Source: a virus
Taxonomy: Duplodnaviria > Caudoviricetes
Length of the DNA stretch: 64,000 nt
Virus record (IMG/VR): IMGVR_UViG_3300012038_000181
Coordinates: 1-64,000 of that record
Direction: 5' to 3' (one strand)
In this document: piece after piece, positions 54,687-64,000 of the stretch
How the letters are laid out: every line of letters begins with the position of its first letter
Position numbering within the stretch: position 1 is the stretch's first letter
Notes under the pieces: model-generated
Database searches by the model: none
What the model saw: only the letters and a program-made list of their open reading frames with translations
What the model was told of the DNA's origin: nothing
Made by a program: the position numbers and the translations under genes

Positions 54687-55046
54687 ATGGCTGAAGTAGA
54701 TAGTTTAGCCCGCGCCGCGTGGGAAGCGACTCGTTCGGAACACGCTGTCCCTTATGACGAGTTAGAGCCTGCGTATCGAGACAACTTAATCAGACGGGCA
54801 GAAGCGGTCTTAGGTGGTGAACAGCCTGCTGGCCCGTGGGAAGTCTATGAGAAGCAAGTATGTGAATTGGCCTCAACGAATACGATGGCGATGGCGGCAG
54901 AGATTCCTGAAGAAGTAAAAGAGGAATTAGTAGAAGAGGTTCAGGAAGAAGCCAAGCCCAAGAAAGCAACAAAGAAAGCCGCGCCAAAGAAAGTAGCTAC
55001 CAAGAAGCCAATTAAGGTAGTCAAGCCCGTAGCCAAGAAAAAGTGA
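54687..55046 (+). CDS. Hypothetical protein with a KKA-rich histone-like tail
   Basis: KPKKATKKAAPKKVATKK. Confidence 0.65.
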   Translation: MAEVDSLARAAWEATRSEHAVPYDELEPAYRDNLIRRAEAVLGGEQPAGPWEVYEKQVCELASTNTMAMAAEIPEEVKEELVEEVQEEAKPKKATKKAAPKKVATKKPIKVVKPVAKKK

Positions 55047-55459
55047 AACGACTATTTCGCATCCTACATTGGCAAGCCCGCTGTCGTTTTTGGCGCACGC
55101 AAGCCGAAGCAGCCAAGCGAGAAGTCGCACGCCTCCAATTATCTCTCTTAGCTGAACGTTATCGAAATTTACAACGTGAAGATATGTTTGTAAGTGCGAG
55201 TGTGATGGGAGCGAGAGGGATGTACGGAGTTGCCCCGCGTGGTGGGCCTGCATTGGCTGAACCGACTCAACCTAAAGTTCCGGCAGTTGATCCTTATCAA
55301 TTAAGCGGAGCGGACTTGATGGAGTTTGAGACGTTCTGGAAGCCGGATGCAGAAGCGGCAGGGATTTCGTTAGTTGTAGCCAAGCAAAAGTTTATTCAGG
55401 AAGTAGTAATACCTCGTCGCGCACCATTGCAAGACGATCCTTTTTCGAGGGCTAACTAA
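55043..55459 (+). CDS. Hypothetical protein
   Basis: GTGA overlap. Confidence 0.55.
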   Translation: MKRLFRILHWQARCRFWRTQAEAAKREVARLQLSLLAERYRNLQREDMFVSASVMGARGMYGVAPRGGPALAEPTQPKVPAVDPYQLSGADLMEFETFWKPDAEAAGISLVVAKQKFIQEVVIPRRAPLQDDPFSRAN

Positions 55460-55478
55460 GCCAACAAGTGAGCAGTGA

Positions 55479-58097
55479 TTGAACGATTCCCGTGAGTCCC
55501 CGAACTTTACCCCGCTCTCGGTCGCCACAGCTCGTGGGGCGCAAAACTTCGCGCCTGCCAAACCAATCCATGATGTTCTTCAATCTCGCCAATTAAGCGA
55601 AAAACGCACGCCTTCAAAACTCGAAGCAGGCATTAAAGAACTTTACTCTCACTATCTAAACAAGGAAAGTGCGGCTTGGAATAGCCTCATTTCTATGGCT
55701 CAGTTAGTTTCCCTTTTTCGCAAGGGTTCTCAGCTATTACAACGCCGTCCCTTTGGTGCTCCTGGATACTACGTTAGACCACTCACAGACAATGATGACA
55801 CGGTAATGAAGCAGACAGCGATGAACCTGATGGGGTTCTTTTCGCAAGCGTGTGAGTCGAAAGTCATTGCTTCAAATCCGAATGTGAATATGCGTCCTGG
55901 TGATGACACGCCGGAAGCCATTGCCGCCGCGCAAGCGTGTCGTCCGGTAGTGGATTACTACGAGACTGAGTGGTACACCGTTCCCTTTGTCCGCCGTGAG
56001 GCAATCCGCTTTTTGACTGATGGAGTTGTGATTCATCAAGTCAGGTGGAATCCGTTTCTTGGTGGTTATGAAGTCAATGAGCGGGAGGTTACGCATGAGG
56101 ACGTAACGATTGACGAAGGTGGCGGTCAATGTCTTGATTGCCAATTTGAAGGCTCGCACGAAGCGTTTCAAGGCGAGTATTCGGCGCAATGTCCTGAGTG
56201 TGAAAGTCCGGCAGTAGATGTAAGAGACCCGATAAAGCAGAAGTTAGCAAGGATCGGGATGGGTCAATCGAAGCCCGTGGGTGAGCCGGAAATCGTTTCA
56301 TCATCTTTCATGTCGTGGCGTTGGGACTTGACGAAAGATTTGGAGTTATCGACATGGGCCATTAAGCGTCAGTACATCGGGCAAGGCGCAATCAAGTTGA
56401 TGTTAGGGGATGTGACCATCCCCGATTCACAGAGTTCCGAAGCTCACGGTTTGGATGTGATGTACGCCCTCGCCTACAGTGGACAAGCTTTTGCGGGCCA
56501 AAGTTCAAGTCAGTACACAAACACATCGTTAGTTGATAAGAAACCAACTCTCGCAGAGTTTTGGTTAAGCCCTGAAGACCAAGCCATGATTGAGACCGAA
56601 GGTGGCGAGACAATCTGTGGGCAGACGCTTCCTAAAGGTCGCTTGAGTGAATTCTTTGGCGGTAAACCGATTTGCGTAGTTGGTTTGAACGATATGTCCC
56701 TGATTATAGGGATGTATGCGAACGAGTCTCAGCAGAAGGAAGTCGTGACCGCACAGTGGTTCATGGATGCGGATTCAGGCGCAGGACGCGGCATGGAAGA
56801 TACCGCCGCCGTACAGCGAAGATTCAACGCGGTCGATGGGCAGATTTATCAAGGGCTTGCGACTACGGCGACTCCCGCAGTGTTTACCGACATGTCGTTG
56901 ATTAAGGAAGATCAGGGAAGGTACTTGTTTGCCCCAGGTCACAACATCGACATCTCGCTGGCGTTGTTACCACCCAACATGAAGTTGCAGGATGCAATCT
57001 ATGTGGGAAATCCTGGAGCAGTCAGTCAACAATTTGTTCAGTACGGCTCTCAGTTCTTGCGGGAGATGGCCCAGATTTCCTCCCTCGTTACCGAGTTTAC
57101 GAACGGGTTGATTGGAGTGGACAATCGGACAGCGACGGGCGCACAGATAACGGCTCAGTTAGCTAATTCGTTGTATGGGCCAATGCTCGCTTCCAAAGGT
57201 CAGATGAGGGTTGATATTGCGAAGAAGATCGTTCGTTTGGTGGCTGAACACGACTTCTCAGGAAGGTACTATCCAGGTAAAGGCGCAGCGAAGGGGAGAA
57301 TGGTTGGCGGACAGGATTTGAAGTCGAAAGTGGTCTTTGAGTTGGTGCCTAACAGCGAGTTGCCCGTAAGTCCATTTACTGAGCAGACAGACATCAGAGT
57401 GTTTGGAGAATCTTTTGGGGGACTGCTAGGTGCCGCACAGTTGCAGGCACAGTTTCCGCGCTTCTTCAGGGCCGTTGCGAAGCCGTTTAACATCGCCTTC
57501 GATTCTGAGGACGAAGATGATGTATCGACGCTGTGTTTGAAGCGACTTGAGAGCATGAGAATGAATTTGGAAGCGGGTGTAACTGACCCTGCGGTATTAG
57601 TGCAGATGGTCAAGCCTCCCGTAAGTAAGGTTGAGCCAAAACACGCTGAGAAAGCGGAATGGTACAGCGACTATTTAGACTTGGAGAGAGGTCAAACTGC
57701 CCCGTTGGAATTACGCGAAGCGATTGAACAAATGTATTGGTCTCATTTGAACTTACAAACTGAGAAGTCCATGCCGCAGTCCTTTAATCAAGGTTTGGTT
57801 GCCGCCGCAGGCGCAGCACCCGCCGCGATTGGGGGAGCGTTGTTGCAAGGTCAAGAGCAGCAAGCAGAACCTCAAGTTGAGGACAAAACGGCAGAGTTGG
57901 AAGCGAAGGCCGCGATGGAGTCAGAGAAGCGACAGACCGAGTTGCAGACGAAACAGATGGAATCGGAGACAGCAATCGGAGTGGCGACAATTCAGGGGCA
58001 ATCGCAACTTGCTAACACAAAACTCGCGGGCGAGAACCAAATTAAGGTGGAAAAAAGTAAGCCTAGACCAAAACCCGCAGCAAGGAAGTCGGCATAA
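55479..58097 (+). CDS. Portal protein (P22/podovirus-like) with a Zn-ribbon insertion
   Basis: 872 aa; downstream of TerL; NPNVNMRPG..AIAAAQA, GRGM..QRRFN, NRTATGAQI..; Q/E-rich barrel tail. Confidence 0.78.
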   Translation: MNDSRESPNFTPLSVATARGAQNFAPAKPIHDVLQSRQLSEKRTPSKLEAGIKELYSHYLNKESAAWNSLISMAQLVSLFRKGSQLLQRRPFGAPGYYVRPLTDNDDTVMKQTAMNLMGFFSQACESKVIASNPNVNMRPGDDTPEAIAAAQACRPVVDYYETEWYTVPFVRREAIRFLTDGVVIHQVRWNPFLGGYEVNEREVTHEDVTIDEGGGQCLDCQFEGSHEAFQGEYSAQCPECESPAVDVRDPIKQKLARIGMGQSKPVGEPEIVSSSFMSWRWDLTKDLELSTWAIKRQYIGQGAIKLMLGDVTIPDSQSSEAHGLDVMYALAYSGQAFAGQSSSQYTNTSLVDKKPTLAEFWLSPEDQAMIETEGGETICGQTLPKGRLSEFFGGKPICVVGLNDMSLIIGMYANESQQKEVVTAQWFMDADSGAGRGMEDTAAVQRRFNAVDGQIYQGLATTATPAVFTDMSLIKEDQGRYLFAPGHNIDISLALLPPNMKLQDAIYVGNPGAVSQQFVQYGSQFLREMAQISSLVTEFTNGLIGVDNRTATGAQITAQLANSLYGPMLASKGQMRVDIAKKIVRLVAEHDFSGRYYPGKGAAKGRMVGGQDLKSKVVFELVPNSELPVSPFTEQTDIRVFGESFGGLLGAAQLQAQFPRFFRAVAKPFNIAFDSEDEDDVSTLCLKRLESMRMNLEAGVTDPAVLVQMVKPPVSKVEPKHAEKAEWYSDYLDLERGQTAPLELREAIEQMYWSHLNLQTEKSMPQSFNQGLVAAAGAAPAAIGGALLQGQEQQAEPQVEDKTAELEAKAAMESEKRQTELQTKQMESETAIGVATIQGQSQLANTKLAGENQIKVEKSKPRPKPAARKSA

Positions 58098-58100
58098 GTC

Positions 58101-59519
58101 ATGGCCTTTACTGACAGACTACGGAAACGAATCAGCAGCCCGACCGGATTTGCGGGCGGCACGTTGGAAGAACAACTTCTGCGAGCCGCGCAAGAGTCGG
58201 GAGATGTAAACGCTCCGCGAGTTGATGTGCGTGAAGCTGCATTAGGACAAGGCATGACTCCACAGCCTGAACGTGGTGGGTTTATTCGTGGCCCACAGCT
58301 GACAATGGCTGATGAAGCAATGGCCCGTGCTACTGAACCTCAACCCGCGTTAGCGCAGCCAATGGCGCGTCCACGTTCATTCAAAGATGCGTTATCACGA
58401 CCCGCGCAAGTCCCGACGGGAAGTTTTGAGCCACCACAGCCCACTCAGACAACGGATTTAGGACAAGGAAGCGTGTTTACCGAAGGCGGTACGAATGATG
58501 TGCGTGCGCGTAGAACTCAACCACGAGATTTCATTGCTGATGATGAAGCGTATTTACGTGATCTAAGAAACAAGCCCCGCACTTGGCGAGACAAGTTAGT
58601 AGACGTGACAGACGCTCTGAATGTGGTTGCGGGGGGACAGAAAAGAATTCTCCCAACCAAGCGTGAGCGAGAAATCGGAGAGGTAGAGAACAGAATTGGA
58701 CAAGGGTTGGCGATAGATAGAGCGCAAAGCTCAAGAGCAAGTGAGCGGGGGCAAATATCCACACGGGTAGTGAATGAAGGTGAGTATCCCGATGTGGAAG
58801 CAGGAACAGAGATTCGGGTACGAATTGACCAACGCACGGGCGAGCTTACAGACATGATAGGGGCGAATAAACGCCCCGTGGTAGCGGGTCTGCCAAAAAA
58901 GGGAGCAGAGAGAGCACCCCATTATGAAAAGGACGCAGAGGGCTACTTAATCACCGTGCAAGAGGGTCGGGCGAAGCGGGTAACAGATGAAAAAGGCGAA
59001 CCCGTTCAGGTGAAAAAGAGTGGTGACGAAGAATTCGTGGAAGTGGAAATCAACGGGCGGAAGTTGAAGGTCACGCCTTCTCAGGCATTGAACTACTACG
59101 GGCAAATTGGCAAGCAGGAAAACGAACGTACTGCGGAACAGCGAGAAGTAGACGCCAAACGCAATGCTGCCTTGAAGCGAGCAGCGGATTTCAAGTCTTT
59201 TGGAGAGATTTACGACAATAATGCAGACGAGAAGGAGAAGGAGTTAGTTCGCTTACGGGAGCGTCCTGAAGGAGTGCTACCTTCTCAAGTGAGTGCGTTG
59301 ACAGCAGAAATAAATCGTCTGCGACAGCAAGCAGAAAGTTCACGGGCAGATGCGTTGAAGGCGCGTTCCGATGCTGAGTCGCTACCATCTGCGGAACAAA
59401 CACCTACTGCCACAACCAAGAAGCTTGATCCTGCTGTAGAAAAGAAAATCAGGGATGCGGCATCTGCCAAAGGTCTTGATCCTAACATCGCTATTCAACG
59501 CGCTTTAGAGCGTCAATAA
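58101..59519 (+). CDS. Probable internal virion (ejection) protein
   Basis: Low-complexity, charged, helical; between the portal and a giant ORF. Confidence 0.55.
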   Translation: MAFTDRLRKRISSPTGFAGGTLEEQLLRAAQESGDVNAPRVDVREAALGQGMTPQPERGGFIRGPQLTMADEAMARATEPQPALAQPMARPRSFKDALSRPAQVPTGSFEPPQPTQTTDLGQGSVFTEGGTNDVRARRTQPRDFIADDEAYLRDLRNKPRTWRDKLVDVTDALNVVAGGQKRILPTKREREIGEVENRIGQGLAIDRAQSSRASERGQISTRVVNEGEYPDVEAGTEIRVRIDQRTGELTDMIGANKRPVVAGLPKKGAERAPHYEKDAEGYLITVQEGRAKRVTDEKGEPVQVKKSGDEEFVEVEINGRKLKVTPSQALNYYGQIGKQENERTAEQREVDAKRNAALKRAADFKSFGEIYDNNADEKEKELVRLRERPEGVLPSQVSALTAEINRLRQQAESSRADALKARSDAESLPSAEQTPTATTKKLDPAVEKKIRDAASAKGLDPNIAIQRALERQ

Positions 59520-62500
59520 ATGCCCGATGAATACGACGTACTCTTAGATTCTGTCCTGCCAAAACCTCGGCGGGTTAAGTCAAACTACGACGTTTCAAAC
59601 CGGAAACAATCTACTTATGAGCCTGATGAGGCTCTAAACCTGATTGCGAAGTACGAGAGTGGCGACCGCAATGTCCGCAACTATCGCTACGATCCGACCC
59701 ACACCGCGCAGGGTAATTTCCAGATAGTAAACAAAACGTGGCGTGGTGCTGCGCCTCAAGCGAACGTGGATTTGAAGCAGTATCCCACTGCTGAGACCGC
59801 GCCAAGGGATGTGCAAGCGCGGGTAGCAAAGCACCTTTATAAGACACGCGGGTTTGCTGATTGGGCACCATATAATCCGAGACTCAAAGCAGCCATTGAA
59901 CGTGGTGAGCGATTTGGACAGTCAGCACAGCCCCGTGCAAGGTTAAGAGCGCAACCGCAAAAGAAGCGCGATGCCTATGACGATTTGCTTGATGAAGTAG
60001 CCCCAACGCAGAAAACAACCCCGCGAGTGGCTGATGAATACGACAAGTTACTTGATGAAGTAACACCTTCGGGACAGACCCAACCTGCCGACTTGAAGCT
60101 AAACCGTGTCAACAACCTACCCCCAACTCCAGCTACAACCCCCGTAGAATCTCGGCAACAGTCTGTCCCGAAACCGACATCCTTTTGGGGAATGGATTTG
60201 CAACGTCCCTCAAAACTAGAAGCGGGCGTACGAGTCGGTGGCCCACGTTTAGAGGCAGGCGCAAAGGTTGGTGAGGAACAACTGTCACCCGCGGGTTTAG
60301 GGAGTGGAGACTTCCGTCGCGCTCAAGCATCCCAAGCCCGACAAGACCGACTCAATCAAGGTCGTGGTGCGGGAGAATTACGACGCGCTGAAGGCAAACT
60401 TCCACAAGGGGGTATGGCAGCAGCAGAGTTCCGTCGCCAAGAGCAAGCGGAGATGGGCCGCTTGAACCGCATACGAGGGCAGGTAGCCGCTGAACAGACC
60501 GCAGGGGAGCAACAGATAGGTCGTGCCCCAAACACTGCTCAGACACGCTTATTTGACCCGAAACTGACCAATGAAGAAGAAGTTTTGCGTCGAATCAGCC
60601 AAGAGCAAGGAGTAGAGCAAGCCGATGCTGCCGCGAGAGCCGAACGCGAGCGGTTACAAGGACAGTTTACCGAGTCTGATAAGCAGCAACTACTTGGTCT
60701 TGCTGCCCAACTCAAAGGACGTGACGGTGGGGTCAAGCGGGGCATGGACGTAGCTATCCAACGGGGCATGTCTAGTGCTTTGTATAAACTCGCGGGAGCG
60801 GTTGATTTAGGTGGTTTGATTGATGTTCTCCCTAGCATACGTGGAGTTCGTTCATCGGTTGTGGACAATCTACGTCGCAAGGCACTCGCAGGTGAGTTGG
60901 CCTTGGAAGACATTCAAGATTTGCCAAAGCCTGCCCGTGAGAAGGTGGCAGAGTTCCTGACCGAAACGGCGATTGGGTTGACGGAGTTGGCGGTAGTACC
61001 TGGGGGTATCGCAACCAAGTTTGCCACGCTTGCGGGCACAGAGGCGCAAGGACGAAATCGTCCACTAGGAGAGGTTTTACAAGAGACGGGCAAGGGCGCG
61101 GCAATGGGAGCCGTTCAGAAGTTTGGTGAAGGCATTGCGCCTGCAACCGCAAGCCGTGTACGAAGACTTGGAACAGCAGCACCCGTAGTTGGTTTAGGTA
61201 GTGGAGCAGTCGAACTAGCGACGGGTGGAACCCCTGAACAAGCGGCTCAATCGGCACTAACGAATGCTGTGTTTCAAGGTGCCGTAGAACTAGGCCGTGC
61301 GCCAAAGGCGCGTCCTAGACGACTTGGTGAAACCCAAACTAAAGTTCCCGATATTGAAGGTATTTTAGCCAAGCGTGAACAAGATATTCGTCCTTCAGAA
61401 GAAGTAAATGTCCCTGAGCGTCCTGAGACGATTCAAGCACAACTAGCAGCCGTACAGCAGGGCACAAGACCCGCTGTGTTAGTGACGAGAGGTGAGAAAC
61501 AACCCAACACTCCGAGAGGAATGAGCGCGGTTAGAACAAGTGAAGGAACCTTCTACTACGACCCGAAACAAGTTAGTCGGGAAACACTTTTGGCGAAGGT
61601 CAAAGATGGAACTTACGGTGAAGTTCTTGGACACGTGGAACCCAAGTCGGAAGTGACTACAGAAGCGGTGGTAGCGCGTGCTGCTGATGGAACCGAAGTA
61701 CAAGCATCGGCTGTTTCACCTGAGAACGTAGCGAAGCAAGCGGAAGTGTTACAGACACAGCACCCTGAAGCCACGATTGAAACGGGTGGCAATGAATTAG
61801 CGCAGAAAGTCATTCAGGATCGGGTTGCACCTGAAGTAAGAGGCTTTGATGATGTTCCTTTAACTGAGCGAGAAAGAGTGGAACTAGACACCTTCTTTGA
61901 TGTGGAATCGGGAATTCCTGAAGGTGGGCGAGTACCACCTAAACCTGCCAAGTTGGACATTCTGAGTGAGACTGAAGTCGCCCCCAAACCCACAGCGGCA
62001 GCACCTATTGAGCCAGTAGTAGCTAAACCTAAAACTCCAGTTACGGAAACACCTGTTACGCCAGAGAAGTCTCCGTCGTCAATGACGCAAGACGAATTGT
62101 TTACAGCATATCGGCAAAACATGAAGGAGCGCACGGCGGCGATTGAGTCTAATGATTCTGAAGGCATAAAACGCACCGCAGATCGTATGGTTGAAATTGC
62201 TCGCTATGGCGGCGATCCTGAAATGTCTGTCGAGGGGCAACGAGCAGCAAGGCAACTCAATCTTGAACCTTGGCAGAAAACAAAGACAGAATATCTCGAT
62301 GAAGTGGCACGGGGCATTAAAGAGACTACCGCAAAAGATATTGCACGGGCTAGTAAAAAAGAAGGTGGTATAAATCGAACACAGAAGTTTCTGCTAGAGG
62401 CTCAAACTAATCGTTTAGCGAAGGAAAATCGTTATGCCCGCGAGGTGCATAAACGAGCGGTTGAGCAAGCCATCCGAGAAGGCAAATCTATTCCCCCTGA

Positions 62501-64000
62501 AGTGTTAGCCGACTACCCTGACTTAGCACCAAAGACCGCTGAAACTCCTCGCGCAGCAACACCTGAACTCCAACGTCATGCTGATAAGGCGGCAAGCCTT
62601 CGTGCGGAACTTGAAGCGGGGGGACAGAGTGAACTTGCACGAGCGGCACTAGAGCGACAAATCAAGAAGCTAGACACCAAAGCAACGGGCGTTCAGGAAA
62701 GAAGGTCGGGCGCAGACCCGATGGACTTGATTGACGACATCATCATCTACGGCGACAAGTTAATTCGCAAAGGCAAAGCAGCATTTGATGAGTGGGCCAA
62801 AGATGTACGGGAGAAGTTTGGTAAGGATGCTGACCCGCATCTGCGTGAAATCTATTCACAACTAAAGGGCGGACGTGACGCTACATCTATCAAGAATGAG
62901 GCTAGTAACGAACTACGTGCGGAACTTGATTTGGCCGAAATGGAGCGTCCTGAACGTAAGTCATGGGAAACAGCGATTGAGAATGCCCAACAGAAGGGGC
63001 TGATTGAGCGAGCCGACAAGATTGCCGACGAAGTGATTCAGGGTGGACGGGAAAGAGGCTTGGACTACGAAGAAGCCGCCGCACTCTTGGTGAAGATTCG
63101 AGAAGCAGAAAACCGATGGGAAGAAGCCTACCGCAACGATCCTAACGATCCTGCTCTAGTCAAAATCAAAGCAGAACTCGATAAGTATTCACAAGCAGTG
63201 GATATAGGTGGCACTGAGGTTGCTCGTGCTTTGGGCATCCGTCGCGCCATGATGGACAAGAGTTTTCGTCTAATCAGCCTGATTCGCACAGCAGAGAAGG
63301 CCAAAGGGCGCAAAGTCACCGCCGAAGAAGTGGCTCGTTACGATGAGTTAGTCAAAGAGCGTGATGCGGCTCTGAAAGCACGCGATGAAGCCTTAGCCAA
63401 GGTAGATGCGGAACGCTCCCAAGAGACTACTGAGAAGTTTGTCCAAGAAGAAAAGATCAAGATACGTCGTCAAGGTCGGCGGCGTTCTCAAGAGAAGTTG
63501 CTTGCTGAACGAGTGGAACTGAAAAAGGAAATCTCTGCTCTATTTGCCAAGATTACGCCTAAAACCTCAAATCTCACGATGGGTGGTATTGCGGACTTGA
63601 ATCCCAAGGATTTAGGCGATCTAACGCGAGCCTTGACGAATCTGGCTCGCAACTACATTGAATCAGGTGTGATTAAGTCGGCAGATTTAGTTGATGCCGT
63701 ACATAGCGAAATCAAGGATGTAGCGGATTTAAGCAAGCGAGAAGTGAGTGATGTGATTTCTGGCTATGGTCGGATTCGTAAATCCACTACTGATCCGATT
63801 GAGCAGAAACTACATGAGATTAAATCCATCCTAGCCGCCACGTCAGGCAAAGCCGATGTGTTGGAAAAAGGGATGCGCCCACTCAGACGGGGACAGCAAC
63901 GCGAGAAGCCCACTGAAGATCAACGTCATGCCCTCCGAGAACTTAACGAAGCCATGCGTGAACGGGGAGTCGAATTGGGGCAACGACCTCAGAATGTAGC
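59520..64000 (+). CDS. Giant internal virion/ejection protein (>1490 aa, runs off the window) with an N-terminal Rpf-like lytic transglycosylase domain
   Basis: Absent from the ORF track because it has no stop; ATG at 59520; frame spot-checked open at 60540, 61800, 62400, 63900; IAKYESG..AQGNFQI..TW..Q..VA..L..GFADW. Confidence 0.8.
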   Translation, partial: MPDEYDVLLDSVLPKPRRVKSNYDVSNRKQSTYEPDEALNLIAKYESGDRNVRNYRYDPTHTAQGNFQIVNKTWRGAAPQANVDLKQYPTAETAPRDVQARVAKHLYKTRGFADWAPYNPRLKAAIERGERFGQSAQPRARLRAQPQKKRDAYDDLLDEVAPTQKTTPRVADEYDKLLDEVTPSGQTQPADLKLNRVNNLPPTPATTPVESRQQSVPKPTSFWGMDLQRPSKLEAGVRVGGPRLEAGAKVGEEQLSPAGLGSGDFRRAQASQARQDRLNQGRGAGELRRAEGKLPQGGMAAAEFRRQEQAEMGRLNRIRGQVAAEQTAGEQQIGRAPNTAQTRLFDPKLTNEEEVLRRISQEQGVEQADAAARAERERLQGQFTESDKQQLLGLAAQLKGRDGGVKRGMDVAIQRGMSSALYKLAGAVDLGGLIDVLPSIRGVRSSVVDNLRRKALAGELALEDIQDLPKPAREKVAEFLTETAIGLTELAVVPGGIATKFATLAGTEAQGRNRPLGEVLQETGKGAAMGAVQKFGEGIAPATASRVRRLGTAAPVVGLGSGAVELATGGTPEQAAQSALTNAVFQGAVELGRAPKARPRRLGETQTKVPDIEGILAKREQDIRPSEEVNVPERPETIQAQLAAVQQGTRPAVLVTRGEKQPNTPRGMSAVRTSEGTFYYDPKQVSRETLLAKVKDGTYGEVLGHVEPKSEVTTEAVVARAADGTEVQASAVSPENVAKQAEVLQTQHPEATIETGGNELAQKVIQDRVAPEVRGFDDVPLTERERVELDTFFDVESGIPEGGRVPPKPAKLDILSETEVAPKPTAAAPIEPVVAKPKTPVTETPVTPEKSPSSMTQDELFTAYRQNMKERTAAIESNDSEGIKRTADRMVEIARYGGDPEMSVEGQRAARQLNLEPWQKTKTEYLDEVARGIKETTAKDIARASKKEGGINRTQKFLLEAQTNRLAKENRYAREVHKRAVEQAIREGKSIPPEVLADYPDLAPKTAETPRAATPELQRHADKAASLRAELEAGGQSELARAALERQIKKLDTKATGVQERRSGADPMDLIDDIIIYGDKLIRKGKAAFDEWAKDVREKFGKDADPHLREIYSQLKGGRDATSIKNEASNELRAELDLAEMERPERKSWETAIENAQQKGLIERADKIADEVIQGGRERGLDYEEAAALLVKIREAENRWEEAYRNDPNDPALVKIKAELDKYSQAVDIGGTEVARALGIRRAMMDKSFRLISLIRTAEKAKGRKVTAEEVARYDELVKERDAALKARDEALAKVDAERSQETTEKFVQEEKIKIRRQGRRRSQEKLLAERVELKKEISALFAKITPKTSNLTMGGIADLNPKDLGDLTRALTNLARNYIESGVIKSADLVDAVHSEIKDVADLSKREVSDVISGYGRIRKSTTDPIEQKLHEIKSILAATSGKADVLEKGMRPLRRGQQREKPTEDQRHALRELNEAMRERGVELGQRPQNV

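Noticed and set aside
1-64000. Alternative genetic code (stop-codon reassignment)
   Set aside because: Long genes are intact in the standard code and TAA, TAG and TGA all end tightly packed genes; the two broken genes are frameshifts, not in-frame stops
1-64000. CRISPR array, DGR, tRNA, integrase or IS element
   Set aside because: No regularly spaced repeats, reverse transcriptase, cloverleaf, recombinase or transposase motifs seen; the Cas4-like gene is solo

Overview
The whole 64 kb window looks like part of one tailed dsDNA phage genome with podovirus-like organisation. There are no host housekeeping genes, no integrase and no tRNA/rRNA/CRISPR, and ORFs run off both ends. Layout: (1) 1-19.7 kb, + strand late region: a 1793-aa multi-domain glycosyltransferase/methyltransferase plus a GT9 half, GNAT-like and ejection-like proteins, Gly-X-Ser repeat proteins, a tailspike, and six genes with Sec signal peptides (fibre-like proteins, an S74 autochaperone fibre, an outer-membrane beta-barrel, a beta-helix enzyme). 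(2) 19.7-32.3 kb, - strand replication/recombination and accessory genes: NinG-like, DUF1376 initiator, SSB-like, UvsY-like, Cas4-like, Lar-like, many Zn-finger ORFs. (3) 32.4-34.7 kb divergent small genes. (4) 35-39.4 kb lysis cassette with a GH19 endolysin. (5) 39.4-42.6 kb, - strand early genes. (6) 42.7-64 kb TerS, accessory operon, scaffold, major capsid, adaptor, TerL, portal and a giant internal virion protein with an Rpf-like domain. Best candidates for new biology: a phage-encoded exported fibre / beta-barrel / glycosylation system, and three antisense HNH cassettes. Two of these cassettes rebuild the start of the gene they interrupt, two share a dual promoter/RBS element with a conserved leader hairpin, and all three keep a stop-free sense ORF across the insert. 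All family assignments are from motif recognition by eye, not database searches.
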